NCBI GenBank assembly: GCA_027623675.1 | Contig: JAQBVF010000006.1 | Span: 32,001 to 96,000 of the forward strand | DNA from: Chloroflexota bacterium | Lineage (GTDB): Bacteria > Chloroflexota > Dehalococcoidia > Lucifugimonadales > UBA3495 | Reading direction: 5' to 3' | DNA length: 64,000 bases | Shown: positions 59,481-64,000 of the stretch, one piece after another | Numbering within the stretch: the first letter of the stretch is position 1 | Layout of the letters: each line of letters begins with the position of its first letter | Made by a program: the position numbers and the translations under genes | Notes under the pieces: generated by a model | The model's input: the letters and a program-made list of their open reading frames with translations, nothing else | Database searches by the model: none | Told to the model about the DNA's origin: nothing

Positions 59481-59960
59481 ATGAGCGGGCTGCAACAGCG
59501 GATCCACGACGCGGTCCATGGCCAGACTCAGGCCACCGTCACGGTTCTGTCATCCCTGCTTGCCGTTGAGGACGAACTGGGCTACATCTCCAAAGAGGCG
59601 TTGGAATTCGTCGCCGAGTTCTCCAACTCCACGGTGAACGATGTCTGGGCCGTGGCCTCCTTCTACCCCAATTTCCGGTTTGAGCCGCCAACCGAGCACA
59701 CCGTAGAAGTCTGCTGGGGGGCTTCCTGCCATCTGGTCGGGGCGATGGGTATCTTCAAATCGGTCCTGGAAGCCTCCGGAATGGGATCGGAAGGGGACAG
59801 GCCGGACGGACGCCTGACCGTTAAGCTCAACACCTGCCTCGGGGCCTGTTCTCAGGCGCCGGTGATGGCGATGGACCACCATCTGGCCGGACGGGTCACG
59901 CCCGAGTCGGCGGCTAAGAACGTAACCGACCTGCTTGAGACGGAAAGCCATGGCGTCTAG
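59481..59960 (+). CDS. NuoE/HydC-like [2Fe-2S] subunit
   Basis: VASFY, CWGASC, CLGAC. Confidence 0.9.
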   Translation: MSGLQQRIHDAVHGQTQATVTVLSSLLAVEDELGYISKEALEFVAEFSNSTVNDVWAVASFYPNFRFEPPTEHTVEVCWGASCHLVGAMGIFKSVLEASGMGSEGDRPDGRLTVKLNTCLGACSQAPVMAMDHHLAGRVTPESAAKNVTDLLETESHGV

Positions 59961-61677
59961 TTTCGTAGAGATAGGGGTTGAAGCAGCCCGGCGTTGGGAA
60001 GAACTCGTCGCGGGTGATCGTCCCTGGATACGCATCGGGACCGCCCTGTGCGGCGAAGCTGCCGGTGCTTTCGAGGTCGCCACCGCCGTTGAGGCGGCGC
60101 TGGAGGGTCAGGGCGTTTCCGCCCAGGTTAGCCGGGTTGGCTGCCTGGGTCTGTGTTTCGCCGAACCCCTCCTGGATGTGCAGCTGCCCGGCGGACACCG
60201 CGTCTTCTACGGGAACGTGCGGCCGGAAGATGTTGCCGAGATCGTGTCAGCCCACGTCTCGGGCGGGACCCCGGTTGCTGGCAAGGCGCTTGGCTACCTG
60301 CCCGGCGAGGAGAGCGACGCCCCATTGCCCGACGGCATCCCCGACTTGAACCAACATCCCATGCGGGTCTGGGAGAACCGCATCGCCCTCAGGAACGCCG
60401 GCAACATCGACCCGATGGACATCTATCAGTACATCGCCAACGGCGGCTATAAGGCCCTGAACAAAGCCCTTGGCAGCCTGACCAGCCAAGAAACCCTGGA
60501 GGAGGTCAAGGCGTCGGGCCTGAGAGGCCGGGGCGGCGCCGCTTTCCCAACGGCCGTGAAATGGGGTTTCCTGGCCGGCAACCCGGCGCCCGAGAAGTAT
60601 GTCCTCTGCAACTGCGAGGAGGGCGACCCCGGGGCCTTCAACGACAAAAACATATTGGAGAGCGACCCCAACACCCTGCTTGAAGGGGTGATCATCGCGG
60701 GGTACGCCACCGGGGCCAGCAAGGGGTATATCTTCATCCGCCACGGGCATAACGGCCCCATCGACCGTTGCCGGGCGGCGGTAAACCAGGCGAGAGAATT
60801 GGGCCTGATCGGAGAGAACATCCTGGGTTCGGGCTTCAATTACGACGTGGAAGTAGCCCTCACCGGCGACTCCTACGTGGCCGGTGAAGAGACCGCCCTC
60901 ATGGAAGCGATCGAGGGAAAGCGGTCGATGCCCAGGTACCGCCCGCCATTCCCGGCCCAGGTGGGCCTCTTCGGCAAGCCAACCAACATCAACAACGTGA
61001 AAACCCTGTCCTACGTCCCCGAGATCGTATCCAGGGGCGGCGCGTGGTTCGCGGACATCGGCCACGACACCAGCACCGGCACGGCCATATTGTGCCTGTC
61101 CGGGTCCCTGAGATACACCGGCATGGTGGAAGTTCCCCTGGGCATCAATCTGAAAGACGTGATCTACGAGGCTGCCGGTGGCGTGACCGGCGGCCGGGCC
61201 TTGAAGTTCCTGCAGACCGGTGGACCTTTGGGTGGCGTGCTGGGCGCGGACAACATCGACCTGTTGCTGGACTTTGAAGTGCTGCGCGGCGCCGGGGCGA
61301 TCATGGGCTCGGGGGGCATCATCGCGGCCGATGACACCACCTGCATCGTCGACCTGACCCGGTCGCTGATCGCCTTCTGCCAGTACGAGTCCTGCGGTAA
61401 ATGCTTCCCATGCCGCATGGGCATGAGCCACCTGCTGGAGGTACTAGAGCGCATCTGCTGTCTGGAGGGCACCGGCGAGGACCTGGCCCTGATGCGGAAT
61501 ATCGGCGAGAACATGCAGGCGGCCTCCCTCTGCGGACACGGGCAGCTTGGCTTTAACCCGGTGTCCTCGGCGCTGCGTTACTTCGGTCCCGAATTCGACG
61601 CCCATATCATTGACCATAGATGTCCAACCGGGGTCTGCGAATTGCCCCGGTTCTCGCCGGCGCAGTCTCGCCGCTAA
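59950..61677 (+). CDS. NuoF/HydB-like FMN/NAD(P)H-binding subunit with N-terminal thioredoxin-like Fe-S domain
   Basis: SGLRGRGGAAFP, EGDPGAF, GEETAL, ESCGKCFPCR, LCGHG. Confidence 0.93.
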   Translation: MASSFVEIGVEAARRWEELVAGDRPWIRIGTALCGEAAGAFEVATAVEAALEGQGVSAQVSRVGCLGLCFAEPLLDVQLPGGHRVFYGNVRPEDVAEIVSAHVSGGTPVAGKALGYLPGEESDAPLPDGIPDLNQHPMRVWENRIALRNAGNIDPMDIYQYIANGGYKALNKALGSLTSQETLEEVKASGLRGRGGAAFPTAVKWGFLAGNPAPEKYVLCNCEEGDPGAFNDKNILESDPNTLLEGVIIAGYATGASKGYIFIRHGHNGPIDRCRAAVNQARELGLIGENILGSGFNYDVEVALTGDSYVAGEETALMEAIEGKRSMPRYRPPFPAQVGLFGKPTNINNVKTLSYVPEIVSRGGAWFADIGHDTSTGTAILCLSGSLRYTGMVEVPLGINLKDVIYEAAGGVTGGRALKFLQTGGPLGGVLGADNIDLLLDFEVLRGAGAIMGSGGIIAADDTTCIVDLTRSLIAFCQYESCGKCFPCRMGMSHLLEVLERICCLEGTGEDLALMRNIGENMQAASLCGHGQLGFNPVSSALRYFGPEFDAHIIDHRCPTGVCELPRFSPAQSRR

Positions 61678-61783
61678 CCAGATCTGCCCGGCCCACGCCG
61701 GACGACCCGCCCGTTTCATACCATCAGTTCGATAAAATCAGGTTCGCACAACCAGTTCCGTACAAGATAAAAGAGGCTGCTAA

Positions 61784-64000
61784 ATGGCCGACGATATAAC
61801 CATCAGCTTTGATGGCAAAGAGGTAAAGACTCAACCGGGCACGATGGTCCTGCAAGCGGCCATCGACGCCGGAGTCTACGTTCCCTACCTCTGCTATCAC
61901 CCTGGCATGAAACCCTACGGCGCCTGCCGCATGTGCGTGGTCAGCGTTGAAGGCCAGCGCGGCTTCCCAGCCTCCTGCACCCTGCCGGCCGCCGACGGCA
62001 TGAAGGTCCAGACCGAGTCGACCGAGGTAAACGACCTCCGAAAGTCGGTCATGGAGATGCTGATCGCCGAGCATCCCAGCGGCTGTCTTACCTGCCACCG
62101 CGTCGATCTCTGCGGCCCGGACGACGTCTGCCTGCGCCACGTTTCGGTCAACGACCGCTGCGTCACCTGCCCCAAGAACGAACGCTGCGAACTCAAAGAC
62201 ACCGTGCGTTATCTGGGCATGGACCTGGAATCGCCACTTAAATACAAGTACCGGGAGATCCCGCTGGAAGTGGCTGACCCCTTCTACGACCGCGATTACA
62301 ACCTGTGCATCGTCTGCGCCCGTTGTGTGCGGGCCTGCGAGGAATTGCGCGGCGACGATGCCATCGGCATGACCGAACGCAGCGGGCAGGCGCTGGTGGG
62401 AACGTCTTTCGGCACGTCGCTGCTGGAATCGGGTTGCGAGTTCTGCGGCGCCTGCATCGATGTCTGCCCGGTGGGGGCCTTGGTGGAACGGGACAACAAA
62501 TGGGACAAGCCGCGCAAGGTGGAACGCACCGTCTGCCCGCTATGTCCGGTGGGCTGCCAACTGAATATCGAATACGACGACGCCGAGAAACTCATCCGCG
62601 CTGTCCCGGAGCTAAACTCTCCGGCCAACCACGGTCAGGCCTGCTTCAAGGGCAAGTTTGGACTGCAGTTCGTGAATGACGGCAGCCGGTTGCACACCCC
62701 GCTGGTGCGCCGCGACGGCCGATTGGTTGAAGCGACGTGGGACGAGGCCCTAGAAGTGGTGGCCGCCCGTTTGGCTGAATACTCGGGTGAGGCCTTCGCC
62801 TTCCTGACTTCGCCCTACAGCACCAACGAGGAGCACTACCTGGCCCAGAAGTTCGCCCGGACGGCCATGAAGTCCAACAACGTGGACCAGACCTCCAACG
62901 TCCAGCCCGAACTCACCGGCGGATTGGAGCAGTCACTGGGCTATTCCGCGGCGACCAATCCCATCTGGGACCTGGAACAATCGGGCTGCATCTTGGTGTT
63001 CAGCAGCAACGTCACGGAAGAGCATAACGTGGTGGGCGTGCCCATCAAACGGGCCGCGCGGAAGAATTCCAAGTTGGTGGTTATCGACTCGCGCGAAGTG
63101 GAGTTGACCCGCTACGCCCACGTTTGGCTGCGGCCGGCGCCGGGCACCGAGCAACTGCTACTGGGCGGACTGCTCAAGTCGGTGATTGACCAGGGGTTCC
63201 AGCAAGACGATTGGCTGGCCGAGAACTGCGAGAGCCCAGCCACTCTCCAATACGCCCTGAGCGCCCTGGACCTGGACGAGGTCGAACGGGTGACCCAGGT
63301 CGCCGCCGAAGACATAGCGGAGGCGGCGCGGTTGTACGGCGAGGCGGAGGCCAGTGCGCTGGTGTACGCTCTCGACAACATCCAGCCCCGCCTGGCCAGA
63401 GACTGCGTATTGTCGCTGGTGAACCTGGCCCTGGTGACCGGAAACTTGGGTAAGCCTGGCGCGGGGATCTACCCCATGCGTTCCGGCGCCAACGAACAGG
63501 GTGCTTGGGATGTCGGCTGCGTGCCCGACCGGCTGCCGGGATACCGCCGCGTTGCCAACACTCAAGACCGGCAAGCGGTGGCGGCGTTCTGGGACTCGTC
63601 AATCCCCGAAACCCCCGGGCTGGGCCTGGCACAGATCATCGAGGGCGCTCGAAATGGCCAGATAAAGGCGGCGTTCGTCATCGGCGACAGCCCCAATCTC
63701 AGCAACGGGAAGTTGGGCGACGGCCTGGCCGCTCTGGATAACCTGGAGTTCCTGGTGGTCTGCGATTCGTTCCTGACCCCTTCCGCCCAGTTGGCCGACG
63801 TTGTTCTACCCCGTGCAACCTTCGCCGAGAAGGACGGCACGTTCACCAACCTGGAGCGGCGTATCCAGCGGATCAAGCCGGGCCGCAGCCTGCCCGAAGA
63901 TGGCGCGCGGTCGGAATGGCGGGTGATCTGCGACGTGGCCCACAAGATGGGAGCGCCCGGCTTTCTACTGGCATCGCCCTCTGAGACAATGGATGAGATC
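61784..64000 (+). CDS. NuoG/FdhF-like large subunit (Fe-S clusters + molybdopterin-oxidoreductase fold); runs off window end
   Basis: Manual translation from ATG 61784: LCYHP..GACRMC, CIVCARCVRAC, CEFCGACIDVCP, CPLCPVGC, CFKGKFG, ADVVLP..FAEKDGTFTNLERRIQ. Confidence 0.92.
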   Translation, partial: MADDITISFDGKEVKTQPGTMVLQAAIDAGVYVPYLCYHPGMKPYGACRMCVVSVEGQRGFPASCTLPAADGMKVQTESTEVNDLRKSVMEMLIAEHPSGCLTCHRVDLCGPDDVCLRHVSVNDRCVTCPKNERCELKDTVRYLGMDLESPLKYKYREIPLEVADPFYDRDYNLCIVCARCVRACEELRGDDAIGMTERSGQALVGTSFGTSLLESGCEFCGACIDVCPVGALVERDNKWDKPRKVERTVCPLCPVGCQLNIEYDDAEKLIRAVPELNSPANHGQACFKGKFGLQFVNDGSRLHTPLVRRDGRLVEATWDEALEVVAARLAEYSGEAFAFLTSPYSTNEEHYLAQKFARTAMKSNNVDQTSNVQPELTGGLEQSLGYSAATNPIWDLEQSGCILVFSSNVTEEHNVVGVPIKRAARKNSKLVVIDSREVELTRYAHVWLRPAPGTEQLLLGGLLKSVIDQGFQQDDWLAENCESPATLQYALSALDLDEVERVTQVAAEDIAEAARLYGEAEASALVYALDNIQPRLARDCVLSLVNLALVTGNLGKPGAGIYPMRSGANEQGAWDVGCVPDRLPGYRRVANTQDRQAVAAFWDSSIPETPGLGLAQIIEGARNGQIKAAFVIGDSPNLSNGKLGDGLAALDNLEFLVVCDSFLTPSAQLADVVLPRATFAEKDGTFTNLERRIQRIKPGRSLPEDGARSEWRVICDVAHKMGAPGFLLASPSETMDEI

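Overview
High-GC bacterial core-genome window. Gene content and protein style suggest Chloroflexota/Dehalococcoidia, probably SAR202-like (inference). It holds housekeeping blocks (tex, recG, degV/DAK2, rplU-rpmA-rpmE, glyA-rpsF-ssb-rpsR, hom-thrC-folE, and tRNA-Tyr/tRNA-Thr-tuf-rpmG-secE-nusG-rplK-rplA-rplJ-rplL), interleaved with many redox and catabolic genes. I saw no CRISPR array, integrase or transposase. Main observations: (1) two genes appear cut by UGA codons at a Cys-equivalent position followed by SECIS-like hairpins, namely a UGSC/GrdB-like protein (58621-59190) next to a NuoE/F/G-like module whose FdhF-like subunit lacks the Mo ligand, and a YccU-type CoA-binding protein (26992-27408) in a TrxR-DUF1800-DUF1501-NHL-PerR run; (2) a solitary lower-GC winged-helix/TIR gene with a consensus sigma70 promoter; (3) a mycothiol-like mshA/mshD/PIG-L cluster; (4) three structured RNA candidates: a probable 6S RNA, a ZTP-riboswitch-like glyA leader and a 114-nt CCA-ending RNA ahead of tRNA-Tyr; (5) apparent pseudo-enzymes (a B12/radical-SAM protein without CxxxCxxC and an S41 protease without its Ser/Lys dyad); (6) recurrent 11-15 nt micro-duplications at start, stop and RBS junctions. 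All family calls come from motif recognition by eye; no database searches were run.
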